64,000 nucleotides of DNA from assembly GCF_009914755.1 (NCBI RefSeq), contig NC_060935.1; one strand, given 5' to 3'. A program made the translations under genes and the position numbers. Source of the DNA: the human T2T-CHM13v2.0 reference genome, Homo sapiens. The notes below the pieces were generated by a model that had not been told where the DNA came from, searched no databases, and saw only the letters and a list, made by a program, of their open reading frames with translations. Numbering within the stretch: the stretch's first letter is position 1; each line of letters begins with the position of its first letter. Below are positions 1 to 12,050 of the stretch, in pieces.

Positions 1-930
1 ATAAGAAGGTGTGAGGGATAGTCTTAGTTGCCAGGAGGATTTGCTTTCCATTCTTCTCTATCCTGTTGACATTCCAAGAGAGTGGCTTCTATGTACCACA
101 TCAGTGGGATTCTTTTAAATTCTTGTTTCTGGTGGAATTGAGATACTGGGAGACACCAGGGGGAGACTGGAAGACAGCAGGAGAGCCACTTGGGATTTCC
201 ACCTCCTGGCTCTCTGCCAGTGTATTAGTTCATTCTTGAATTGCTACAAAGAAATACCTGAGACTGGGAAATTTATGAAGAAAACAGGTTTAATTGGTTC
301 ATGGCTCTGCAGGCTATACAGGGAGCATAGCAGCTTCTGCTTCTAAGGAGGCCTCAGGAGGCTTCCATTCATGGTGAAAGGCCAAGGGGGAGAGAGGCAT
401 CTCACATGGTGAAAGCAGGAGCAAGAGAGAGAGGGAGGAGGTGCTACACACTTTTAAACAACTAGATATCATGAGAACTCATCAGTGTCACAACAACAAT
501 ACCAAAGGGGGATGGTGTTAAAACATTCATATGAAAACATCCCCGTGATCTAACAATCATCTCCCACCAGGCCCTCCTTCCAACATCGGGAATTACAATC
601 AACATGAGATTTGGGTGGAGACACAGATCCAAAGCATATCAGCCTGTGTGGCTGTGTGTTGGCCATACAGGGCTTCTCCACCTGCCCGCTCTTGTTCTCC
701 CACCCCTATGGATACAGCTATGGCTATGGCTATGGTGACAATAATAACTGCTCCTTCCCTGTCCCTTTCAGTCTAGGGGAGGACTTAGTGCTCCCCTAGG
801 TATTGCTGCTTAGGGTGCTGACCCATGCATTTTCTCTTTCCTTAACCCTGCATGTCTTTGTAAATACTTCCCTCATGAAACACTCCTCAATCATTTCAGT
901 TTGGACCATCCATGTCTTCCTTGAAACTTT
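1..930. mobile_element. Old ERVL-type LTR remnant (LTR33/LTR16-like), split by an MST insertion at 221-641
   Basis: Diverged LTR-like motifs (ctcctggctctct..., ctgctccttccct...ttcag, ttgtaaata...ttcagtttg); a paralogous uninterrupted copy lies at ~49016-49540. Family assignment is from memory. Confidence 0.45.
221..641 (-). mobile_element. MST (MSTA/MSTB) MaLR solo LTR
   Basis: Termini tgtattag...catatca are the reverse complement of the MST TGATATG...CTAATACA ends; 5-bp TSD gccag (216-220) / gcctg (642-646). Confidence 0.9.
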
Positions 931-1312
931 CCAGATAGGCAAGGAAGAAAAATTTTGAAAAGTAAGTAAAACAGCAAAACTGGCTTCTACAGCAGTTCAG
1001 CTCTAGGAAGCAAGGCCTGCATGTCCCCTTGCTCATTAAATGAATGTTAGAGGTAGCATTCTCTCCATGAGGGCAGATTGAATGATTGGAATAAAGGAAG
1101 TGATATGGGGAGATAAATCAGAAGCGGGGACCCTATTTGGAACTCACACAGACTGGGCTGGTAGCAATCGGTTTCCAGAAGGAAGCTCCATGTCTCCTGT
1201 CTTTTCATGAAACAAGATCATGATCCCCTGCATGTAGCACGGAGGTGGAAACACAGGAAAGTGATCTTGTAGCTAAAACCATAACTGACTATAAAAGAAG
1301 ACAGTTCTTGGT

Positions 1313-1575
1313 ACTTACCCTTGTCTTTCCTTTTTCTTTTGTCCAGAGGTGAAGATCTCCCTTGTGGTAAAGGTGGAGGGCCTTTCTGGGATTCAGTAAC
1401 TTCAGAGGACCCTTTTGTGTTTCTTAATTCAGGGGATGCCTACGGGAGCTAGAGTGAACACTGGTTAGCAACTCAGGCTTATGAAGATGCTGGACAGACT
1501 TGTTATTTCCTGCATGAGGACTGTGGACAAATCAGAGGCCAGAGAAGTTCGAGACACAAATCCCAACTGAGATGA
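1313..1575 (-). promoter_or_regulatory. Candidate non-coding first exon/promoter with 5' splice donor, for an MRGPRX-type gene lying left of the window
   Basis: Minus strand reads ...GACAAGG|GTAAGTAC (GTAAGT at 1318-1313). This non-repeat sequence is duplicated at ~49930-50170 next to an MRGPRX pseudogene. The exon role is inferred, not proven. Confidence 0.4.
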
Positions 1576-2353
1576 TTCTTGGCCTCTGTCCCATATCCAG
1601 TACATATAAGCCTCTCTCATCACGTCCCATGTTGTTCACCTTCCTGTAAGTAATTGCTGTCCTGATTTTAAAAATCAATTATGGGCCTAGGTATCACATC
1701 AAGTAATGTGAACTATCATTATGAGGCTTTATAAATAATGAAAAAAGTGGATCATAGGATCATTCAAGGCTGACAATGTCCTGACACCATTTTTTTTGGT
1801 GTTTTCTTTATTATAGTGGTAATATATTCATGTGTATACTTTCTTTCCAAATGCTAGAGAAGTGTATGCAAAGTGAAAGTCTAGAATCCCATTGTCTAGA
1901 GGCTACCACTTGCTACACTGTTCATTTTTACTTCTTTTATCAACTCTGAACAGCTAACTTTTTTTAAGTTCTGTGAAATCAAATCATTTATTATTATTTG
2001 TATTTCAATGGGTTTTTGGGGAACAGGTGGTGTTTGGTTACATGTATAAGTTCTTTAGTGGTGATTTCTGAGATTTTGGTGCACCCATCACCCAAGCAGT
2101 GTATACTGTACCCAATGTGTAGTCTTTTATCTCTCATCTCTCTTTCATTCATCCCCCCAAGTCCTCAAAGTTCATTGTATTATTCTATGCCTTTGTGTCC
2201 TCACAGCTTAGCTCCCACTTATAAGTGAGAACATATGATGTTTGGTTTTCCATTCCTGAGTTACTTCACTTAGAATAATGGTCTCCAATTCCATCTAGGT
2301 TGCTGAGAATGCTATTATTTCATTCCTTTTTATTACTGAGTAGTATTCCATGG

Positions 2354-2357
2354 TATA

Positions 2358-2391
<34 letters not shown>

Positions 2392-2456
2392 AATATATAC
2401 AGACACATATACATATATATACATACACATATACATACACACACTATATATATATA
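2354..2456. repeat. (TG)n(TA)n/(CA,TA) compound microsatellite inside the L1 3' region
   Basis: Directly visible: tatatgtgtgtg...tatatata...acacactatatata. Confidence 0.9.
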
Positions 2457-5400
2457 ATTTTCTTTATCCACTTGGTGATTGATGGGCATTTGAGCTGGTT
2501 CCATATTTTTGTAATTGCAATTGTGCTGCTATAAACATGCAAGTGCAAGTGTCTTTTTCGTAAAATGACTTCTTTTCCTCTGGGTAGATACCCAGGAGTG
2601 GGATTACTGGATCAAATTGTAGATCTACTTCTAGTTCTTTAAGGAATTTCCACACTGTTTTCCATAGTGGTTGTGCTAGTTTACATTCCCACCAGCAGTG
2701 TAAAAGTGTATCTTTTTCACCACATCCCTGCCGACATCTATTATTTTTAGATTTTTAAATTATGGCCATTCTCGCAGGTGTAAGGTGGCATTGCATTATG
2801 GTTTTGATTTGTGTTTCCCTGATGATTACTGGTGTTAAGCATTTTTTCTTATGTTTGTTGGCCATTTGTATATCTTCTTTTGAGAATTGTCTATTCATGC
2901 CCTTAGCCCACTTTTTGATGTGACTGTTTTCTTCTTGCTAATTTGTTTGAGTTCCTTGTAGATTCTGGATATTTGTCCTTTGTCAGATGCATAGTTTGTG
3001 AAGATTATCTCCCACTCAGTGGGTTATCTCTTTGTTCTGCTGATGATTTCCTTTGCTGTGCAAAAGCTTTTTAGTTTAATTAAGTCCCATCTATTTATTT
3101 TTGTTTTTGTTGCATTTATCTTTGGGTTCTTGGTCGTGAAGTCTTTGCCTAAGCGGATGTCTAGAAGGGTTTTTCTGGTGTTATCTTCTAGAATTTTTAT
3201 GCTTTTAGGTCTTATATTTAAGTCTTTGATCCATCTTGAGTTGATTTTTGTATGAGGTGAGAGATGAGGATCCAGTTTCATTCTTCTACATGTGGCTTGC
3301 CAATGATCTCGGCACTATTTGTTAAATAGGGTGTCCTTTCCCCACTTTATGTTTTTGTTTGCTTTGTCAAAAATCAGTCAGCTGTAAGTATTTGGCTTCA
3401 TTTCTGGATTCTCTATTCTTTTCCATTGGTCTATGTGCCTAATTTTATGTCTCTGCCATGCTGTTTTGGTGACTTTAGCTTTGTGGTATAGTTTGAAGAC
3501 AGGTAATGTGGTGCCTCCAGATTTGTTCTTTTTGCTTAGTGTTGCTTTGGCTATGCAGGTTTTTTTTTTTTTTGTATTAATTTTAGAATTGTTTTTTCTA
3601 GTTTTGTGAAGAATGATGATGATATTTTTGTGGGAATTGCATTGAATTTGTAGATTGTTTTTGGCAGTATGGTCATTTTCACAATATTGATTTTACCCAT
3701 CCATGAGCATGGGGTGGATTTCCATTTGTTTGTGTCATCTATGATTTCAGCAGTTTCATAGTTTTCTTGTAGAGGTCTTTCACCTCCCTGGGTAGGTATA
3801 TTCCTAAGTTGTTTTTTTTTTTTTTTTTTTGCAACTATTGTAAAAGGGTTTGAGTTCTTGATTTGATTCTCAGCTTGATCACTATTGGTGTATAGCAGTG
3901 CTACTGATTTGTGCACTTAATTTGTACCCTGAAACTTTACTGAATTTATGTATCAATTCTAGGAGCTTTCTGGATGAGTCTTTAGGGTTTTCTAGGTATA
4001 CATTCATATCATTGGTGAACAGGGACAGTTTGACTTCCTCTTTACTGATTTGGATGCCCTTGATTTCTTTCTCTTGTCTGATTGCTCTGGATAAAACTTC
4101 CACTACTATGTTGAACAGAAATGGTGAAAGTGGGCATCTTTGTCTTGGGAGAATGTTTTCAACTCTGGGAGAATGTTTTCAACTTTTCCCCATTTAGTAT
4201 AATGTTGGCTATAGGTTTGTCATCGGTGGCTTTTACTATGTTAAGATATGTCCCTTCTATGCCGATTTTGCTGAAGGTTTTAATCATACACGGATGCTAG
4301 ATTTTGTCAAATGCTTTTTCAGTGTCTATTGAGATGATCATGAAATTTTTGTTTTTAATTCTGTTTATCCAATGTGTCACATTTATTGACTTGTGTATGT
4401 TAACCCATCCCTGCATCCCTGGTATGAAACCCACTTGATAATGGTGGATTATCTTTTTGATATGCTGTTGGATTGGGTTAGCTAGTATTTTGTTGGGGAT
4501 TTTTGCATCCACATTCATCAGGGGTACTGGTCTGTAGTTTTCTTTATTTGTTACATCCTTTCCTGTTTTTTGTATTAGGTTGACACTGGCTTCATAGAAT
4601 GCTTTTGGCAGAATTCTCTGTTTCTCTATATTTTGGAATAGTTTCAGTAACATTGGTACCAATTCTTCTTTGAATGTCTGATAGAATTCAGCTGTGGATC
4701 CATCTGGTCCTGTACTTTTTTGGTTGGCAATTTTTTAAATTTTTATTTCAATCTCACTGCTTTTTTATTGGTCTGTTCAGAGTTTCTATTTCTTCTTGGA
4801 TTAATCTAGGAGGTTTGTATATTTCCAGGAATTTATGAATATCCTCTAGGTTTTCCGGTTTGTGTATGTAAAGGTGTTCACAATAGCCTTGAATGATCTT
4901 TTGTATTTCTGTGGTATTGGTTGTAATATCTCCTGTTTCATTTCTAATTGAGCTTAGTTGGACCCTCTCTGTTCTTTTATTGGCTACACTCATCAATGGT
5001 CTGTCAATTTTGTTTATGTTTTCAAAGAACCAGCTTTCTGTTTCACTTATCTTTTGTTTGTTTGTTTGTTTCAGTATCATTTAATTCTGCTCTGATCTTT
5101 GTTATTTCTTTTCTTCTGCTGGGTTTGGGTTTAGTTTGGTCTTGCTTCTCTGGCTCCTTGAGGTGTGACCTTAGATTGTCTATTTGTGCTTTTTCAGACA
5201 TTTTGATATGTGCATTTAATGCTATAAACTTTCCCTTTAGCATCTCTTTTGCTGTATCCCAGAGGTTTTAATAGATTTTGTCACTATTATGGTTCAGTTC
5301 ATAGAATTTCTTAATTTCCATCTTGATTTAATTATTGATCCAGTGATCGTTCAGGAGCAGTTTATTTAATTTCCATGTATTTGCATGGTTTTGAATGTTC

Positions 5401-7099
5401 CTTTTGGAGTTGATTTCCAATTTTATTCCACTGCAGTCTGAGAGAGTACTTGCTATAATTCTGATTTTCTTAAATTTGAGAATTGTTTTGCAGCCTATCA
5501 TACGGTCTGTCTTGGAGAATATTCCATGTGCTGATGAATAGAATGTACATTCTGCAGTCGTTGGGTAGAATGTTCTGTAAATATCTGTTAATTTGTCCTA
5601 GGGTATAGTTTAAATCCATTGTTTCTTTTCTGGCTTTTTGTCTTGATGACCTGTCTAGTGCTGTCAGTGGAGTATTGAGGTCCCACACTATTATTGTGTT
5701 ACCATCTATCTCATTTCTTAAGTCTAGTGGCAACTATTTTTGTAAACTTGGGAGCTCCAGTGTTAGGTGCATATATATTTAGGATTCTAATATTTTCCTG
5801 TTGGACTAGACCTTTTATCATTATGTAATGTTGGAGGCTGCATAAATGTTTCTTATGATTAGGCAAAATTGAAGCCTGTCTGTAACAATATGAACCTGTG
5901 ATCAATTAAGCAGCTGACCAATTGTTACCTCCTCCTCCTTGCTCTTGTTACCCAATAAATATGAAGGGCTGAGAAGCTCGGGCAGTGGCCTTTGCTCACT
6001 AGAAGCAGGGAGCTCTTTTCTTTTTCTCTCCTCTCTTCTCCTCATGTTGCCTTTCCTTAAAACAGTTTCTTTTTTTTTTTTTGGTTATCATTTCTGCATT
6101 TGTCCCTTCGTTCAGTCATAATGACGGTCTCAAGCAGTAAGAGTAATTGCTGAATGATGGTCTCAAGCCATAACAGTAGTAACTGCTGTAGTGACCGTCT
6201 CAAGTAGTAGTTGTGGCAGTCAGCCACAAGTGGCACACTAACAAGGAATATCAGGGACAAAGAGACCTGAAGAGACCTGAAGGGATCTGAAGAGGCCTGC
6301 AAGGATAAATAGAGATAAACAGAAATAGAGATAAATAGAAACGAATAGAGATAAGTAAGTAGAGATAGGTAGGGAAAGACAGGGACTTGCAGGAACTTGC
6401 AGGAACTAACAGGTACCATAGGGACAGATAGGGATAGATAGACTAGCAAAGACTAGCAATATAAGGTCAATGCCCTAAAGAGGTACACAAGTAGAGACAA
6501 GCAAAGACTAGCAGAGATTTGCAGGGACAGACATGGACAGATAGGGATAGATAGGGTCCTATAGGGACTTGAATGAGGAAGGTCTGCTGGAACAGAAAAA
6601 ACTAAAGCCCAGAAAAATCTAAAACCAAGTAGGCAAATGAGAAACCCCATCACAAGTCTGCCGGGAGCTGTGCTCTATAAAGGTACTGGTCAGTGCCCTA
6701 GAGGTACAAACAACGGGAAGTTTTTGAATCAGAGTAACATGAGGAAGAATTTGGTTGTTTCTGTTTATTTTCTTTTTTGTTTGGAGTTTGGTATGTACCA
6801 CCTTTTTGTTATTTCAGGGTTTGAGAATTTTTTGCTACACCTACAGTACCTATCCAAAGTGCTGTAGGATGATCAGGAGAGGGAGGATGAAAATTGGGTT
6901 GTACCGTCTTCTTTTGTGGCTACTGAAAGGCTGACTTTAGCTTTCGCTTTCATGGATTGCAACATGCATTGGCACCTGTGAGATGTGCAGAGGACTTGGG
7001 AGGTTTTTTCGGAGCCTGTCAAGATGTGGGAATTGAGCTTCATTGCTCTGCAGTATTGACTCAGGCAATGGCTAATTTGGTAGCTGACAGATATAAAGG

Positions 7100-7400
7100 A
7101 AGCCAAGGGTCAAGCCCTAAAGTGGGAAAGTGTTATAAGTGTAGAAAAATTGAATGTTTCAAAAAAGAACACTACCAGACCACTGGGCAAAAGGGATCTT
7201 GTAACACAGTTCCCCTCTCAACAGAAAAAAATGCCAGGACTTTGCCCTCGTCGCAACAAAATAAATCATTGGGCTAATCAGTGTCACTCAAAATTTCATC
7301 AAAATGGCACCCCCCTGTTGGGAAGCGAGAAGGGGGCCTGGACCTGGGCACCTCAAACTATGAAGGCATTTCCCCATCCAGGCCCTAACTCTGTCTCAGG
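7100..7400 (+). pseudogene. ERV-K gag nucleocapsid remnant (two decayed zinc knuckles)
   Basis: GKCYKCRKIECFKKE and PGLCPRRNKINHWANQCHSKFHQNGTPL in ORFs 6957..7277 and 7150..7488. Confidence 0.85.
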
Positions 7401-7599
7401 GATGGGTTTCTGGAGGCACACTGATTCCCTTTCCCCAGGAACATCTGGAAATGCAGGATTAGATCCCCTCCAGAACAAATTATATTAATTGATAGAACAA
7501 ACTCAGTAAGATTCACATTGATATTTGGGGATCTTTGCCAACAAAATACTTGGGATTGATTTTGGTAAAAGTTGTCTTAACTTACAGGCCCAGGAGTTG

Positions 7600-7900
7600 T
7601 TGATTTTTATTGTGAAGGAGAAATTCAGGTAATGGTAATGTCACAAGATCTTTGGGTTTTTGAACCAGGAGAATATGTTGCTCAACTGTTGCTTGTTCCC
7701 TTTAAGTTGTACCCTTCTCTACATAAGAAGAAGCAAGGAGGTCAGGGATTTGGAAGTGCAACTAGGAGAGAGATTTACCTTACACAATCCATAGCTTCTC
7801 ATAGACCCACTTGTGCAGTTAAGTTTTGTGGGCTTATGGATGTGGGAGGAAGAGACTGGTCTCTCATGGTAATAGATCTTGAGGATTGTTTACAAGAAGG
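7600..7900 (+). pseudogene. ERV-K dUTPase/protease remnant joined to a short RT fragment
   Basis: PGEYVAQLLLVP...GGQGFGS (dUTPase motif), GLMDVG (protease DTG region), VIDLEDC (RT IDLKDC). Confidence 0.8.
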
Positions 7901-8149
7901 ATAAGCCTCAATTTGCTTTTTCTGTGTCTTCTTTAATCAGAAAGAGCCTGTCTCTCATTATGAAGGGAAAGTTTTACCCCACGGTAATTAACCAAAGAGG
8001 CAGAAGCTGAGTTACTGTCTGTAAAACAAATGCTTCAGCAACAGCATACCTCCTGGCTACAGCCACAAAACTTTTGCTTCTGTTTCAGTAGCTTTACTAG
8101 GGTGGGGATGAGGGTATGCTTGTGTTTTTGCAGGAGATGAACAAGCCAT

Positions 8150-8373
8150 GCGGGTGCCCTCAAGATGTGTGTGACCACGGAATGGGAGACTGGAGGGACC
8201 CATGAATTCCAACTACAGGCCTGGTTCCCCCAGTACGAGCCATAAGCCAGTTGAATTCGGACGCGAAGACAGAAGGAGGACCGACCAGAGTCACGTTGAC
8301 ATCAACCACCATAATATGGGGACAGATCAAGAAAACCACACAGGAAGCTGAGAAACTGCTGGAGCACCAAGGT
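8150..8373 (+). pseudogene. ERV-K integrase C-terminus / env(rec) leader remnant
   Basis: WGQIKKTTQEAEKLLE resembles the HML env/Rec leader motif TWAQLKKLTQLA. Confidence 0.7.
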
Positions 8374-11300
8374 TTCACCTTTTGCTGGAACTCAGATGTA
8401 CAATCAATGCTTAACGGACCAATGCTTTCTGACTGGGCTCCTCTCTACCCTGAATACAAGAGACCCTAAGAGTTAAGCAGGAATATCAGTCTCTATTCAG
8501 CAAGAAGAAGTTGCAGAAGATGGACCTTCATCCTTCTGCAACTCTTAGGATTAAGGGTCTTCTTGTGAAAGGGAAGGGGGAAATATGAAAGAAGCATTCA
8601 AACCAGAGTGACTCCATTTTGAATAAGGGCTAAGAAAAATTAAGCTGGATCACCAACTGGCAATTAAGGGCTGCACAGCCTGCAATTGCCTTGCTCAATT
8701 AATTTAAAAACAAAAAGGAGATGTTGGAGGCTGCACAAGTATTTCTTATGATTAGGCACAATTGAAGCCTATTAGTAGTAATATGAACCTGTGATCAATT
8801 AAGCAGCTGAACAATCGTTACCTCCTCCTTGCTCTTGTTACCCAATAAATATGAAGCTCTGAGAAGCTTGGGTGGTGGCCTTTGCTCACTAGGAGTAGGG
8901 AGATCTTCTCTTCTCTCCGTGTTGCCTTTCCCTAAAAGTTTTTTGTTGTTGTTGTTATCATTTCTACATTTGTCCCTTCGTTCAGTCATAAGGACGGTCT
9001 CAAGCAGTAACAGTAGTAACTGCTGTAATGATGATCTCAAGTAGTAATAGCAACTGCCGTAATGACGGTCTCAAGTAGTAACAGTAGTAACTGTCGTAGT
9101 GACCGTCTCAAGTAGTGGTTGTGGCAGTCAGCCACAACATAATATCTGTCTTTGTCTTTAACTGTTGTTGCTTTAAAGTCTGTTTTTTCTGATATAAGAA
9201 TAAGAATATAAGATATAAGAATAGCTCCTCCTGCTCACGTTTAGTGTCCATTTGAGTGGACTTTTCCCACCCCTTTACAGTGTTAGCATTGAGATGTGAG
9301 GTGTTATTTTATTCATAATGCTAGTTGTCTGAATACCTTATTTTTTTCATCGTGTTGCTGTTTTATAGGTCCTGTGAGATTTAATCTCTGACAAGGTTCT
9401 ATTTTGGTGTATTTCAAGGTTTTATTTGAAGATTTAGAGCTCCTTTCAGTAGTTCGTGTAGTGCTGGTTTGGTAGTGGGGAAATCTCTCAGCATTTGTTT
9501 GTCTAAAAAAGACTGCATCTTTCCTTCATTTATGGAGCTTAGTTTCATTGGATACAATATTCTTGCCTGGTAATGGTTTTGTTTAAGGAGGCTAAAGATG
9601 GGGCCCCAATCCCTTCTAACTTGTAGGGTTTCTGCTGAGAAATCTGCTGTTAATTTGATATGTTTTCCTTTATAGATTACCTTGTGCTTTTGCCTCACCA
9701 CTCTTAAGGTTCTTTCCTTCATCTTGACTTTCTATAACGTGATGACTGTGTGCCTAGGTGGTGGTCTTTCTGTGATGAATTTTATGGGATGTTTTTTGAG
9801 CTTCTTGTATTTGGGTGTCCAGATCTCTAGCAAGGCCAGAGAAATTTTCCTTGATTATTCCCTCAAATATGTTTTCCCAACTTTTAGATTTTTCTTCTTC
9901 CTCAGGAACACCAATTAGTCTTACGTTTGGTCGTTTAACATATTGGGAACTCCAATTATTCTTAGATTTGGTCATTTAACATCCCAAATTTCTTGGAGGA
10001 TTTGTTAATTTTTTTAAGTTATTTTTTATTTGCCTTTGTCATATTGGGTTAATTTGAAAGCCTTGTTTTCCAACTCTGAAGTTCTTTCTTCTGCTTGTTT
10101 GATTCTATTCAGATTTTCCAGTGTATTTTGCATTTCTCTATGTCCTTCATTTTCAGAAGCTGTAATTTTTTAAATTTATGCTGTCTATTTCTCTGGGGAA
10201 TTTTTTCTGCCCATATCCTGTAACATTTAAAATATTTCTTTGAGTTGGTATTCACCTGTCTCTGGTGCCTCCTTGAGTAGCTTAATAATCGACCTTCTGA
10301 ATTCTTTTTTTGTGGCAATTCAGAGATCTTTTCTTGGTTTGGATCCATTGCTGGTGAGCTAGTGTGATTTTTGGAGGGTGTGAAAGAACCTTGTTTTGTC
10401 ATATCAGAATTGTTTTTCTGGTTCCTTCTCATTTGGGTAGACTATGTCAGAGGGAAGCTCTGGGGCTCAAGGGCTGCTGTTCAGATTCTTTTGTCCCATG
10501 GGGTGATCCCTTGAAGTGGCCCTCTCCCTTTTCTCCTAGGGATGGGACTTGCTGAGAGCCAGACTTCAGTGACTGTTATTTCTCTTTTGAGTCTAGCCAC
10601 CTACGGGAGCTCTTAGGCTCTGGGCTGGTACTGGGGAGTGTCTGCAAAGGGTCCTGTGATGTGATCTGTGTTCAGGTCTGTCAGTCATGAATACCAGGAC
10701 CTGCTCTGGTGGAGGTAGTAGGGGAATGAGGTGGACTCTATGTGGGACCTTGATTGTAGTTTTGTTTAGTGTATTGGTTTTTTAAAATGCTGGTTGTGCT
10801 GGCAGTAAAGTCACATGGACAGATTCAGGACCTCTGGTTAGCCAGAATGTTACAGGCTGTGCAGTTATCTGATATTTTCTCCTTTCTTCAGGCAGGGTTG
10901 TTTCGTGAGTTGCTGTAATGGTTGTGTGGTTGGCCTCCAGCCAGGACATGAGGCTTTCAACAGCATCAGCTGCAGTATTTTAGGGAGGATACAAGTTTTC
11001 CCTGAAGTCACCTGGTTAAGTATTCCGGTTTCTCAGGTGCTGGGTGGGGCTGTAGAGCTCCCAAGAGATTATGTCTTTTGTCTTTGGCTTCCAGGGCAGG
11101 CAGAGAAAGATCATCAGTTGGGGGTAGGGTTAGGTACGTCTGAGCTCAGACTATCCTTGGGTGCAGCTTGCAGTGGCTGCTGTGGGAGATAGGGGTGTGT
11201 TTCTCAGGCTGATGGAGTTACATTCCCAGGGCTATTAGGGCTGCTTCTGCTGCATCATACAGGACTTCAGGGAAGTGGGGGGAAAGCTGGCAGTGACAGG

Positions 11301-11607
11301 CCTCACCCAGCTCCCATGCAGCCAGAAATGCCAGTCTCACTCCTGCTGTGCTCCCCCAACAGCACCGACTTTATATCCAGGGGCTGAGAACTTGCCAGAG
11401 GAAAGCCCGCCTGCTGAGAAAGCAAGCAGGGCTTTCAGGCATTGCCCCCTTCCTGCCCCGGCTTCTGTGCTTTTATTGGCACTTTGTTTTTGCCTCCCAC
11501 CCCCAAATTGTGTCCTGGAAAATTCACGCTTAGTTGATATTATCACAAAGTTCAGCTGGAAGTTTCCTTCTCCCTGTGGTCCTTCCCCAATTTTACTGGC
11601 ATCCCTC

Positions 11608-12050
11608 TGTTATAAATAAAGTTTCAGTGCCACAAAAGAAATAGCACTCGAATATAAAATTTTCTTTTTAATTCTCAGCAAGGCAAGTCACTTCTATAGA
11701 AGGGTGCACCCTTACAGATGGAGCAATGGTGAGAGCACACTTGGACAAGGGAGGGAAACAGGTTCTTATCCCTGACTCATGTGGCCCCTGCTGCTGTGTT
11801 GTTCCCCTATTGGCTAGGGTTAGACCGCACAGGCTAAACTAATTCCGACTGGCTAATTTAAAGAGTGACAGGGTGAGTGGTTTGGTGGGAAAAATGGTTA
11901 TGACAGAGCAGGTAATTGGAATGAGTCAGGGTAGAGCAGGTAATCAAAAAAGGTTGCTTTACAATAAAGTTAAGTTTAAAAATCAAAGGCAAAGAATTGA
12001 ATATACTGACACTGATTCTTTGAAAAGAAATTTAGAACTGATATCTAACA
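11608..12050 (-). mobile_element. LTR10 (LTR10A/F-like, HERV-I) solo LTR
   Basis: Reverse complement begins TGTTAGATATCAGTTCTAAATTTCTTTTCAAAGAATCAG, typical of LTR10; contains AP-1 motifs; flanks give no matching TSD. Confidence 0.85.

Larger units (their letters stand above)
5829..9136 (+). mobile_element. Internally deleted class II (betaretrovirus, HML-6/HERVK3-like) provirus with two LTRs
   Basis: LTRs at 5829-6228 and 8722-9136 (tgttggaggctgca...cagccaca); degenerate Lys3-type PBS tggcacactaacaaggaa at 6231; PPT at 8706-8721; 6-bp TSD atgtaa/acataa; gag, pro and env-leader remnants. Confidence 0.88.
1990..11607 (-). mobile_element. Near full-length L1PB-type LINE-1 (decayed ORF1/ORF2), interrupted by an ERV at 5829-9136 and cut off in the 5'UTR by LTR10
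   Basis: ORF2 fragments ([26 protein letters not shown]), ORF1 fragments (KERTLRVVRQKHKVIYKGK..TADFSAETLQ), L1PB-type 3'UTR (ggaacaggtggtgtttggttacatg) and 5'UTR; many stops and frameshifts. Confidence 0.92.

Noticed and set aside
611-799. YGYSYGYGYG keratin-associated-like peptide
   Set aside because: Comes from a gctatg hexamer repeat in an LTR remnant; the paralogous copy has gctaca repeats without the ORF.
4146-4185. 20-bp direct repeat tgggagaatgttttcaact
   Set aside because: Ordinary post-insertion slippage inside a dead L1.
6120-6210. Regularly spaced ~35-bp repeats resembling a CRISPR array
   Set aside because: No unique spacers; these are tandem units inside a mammalian LTR.
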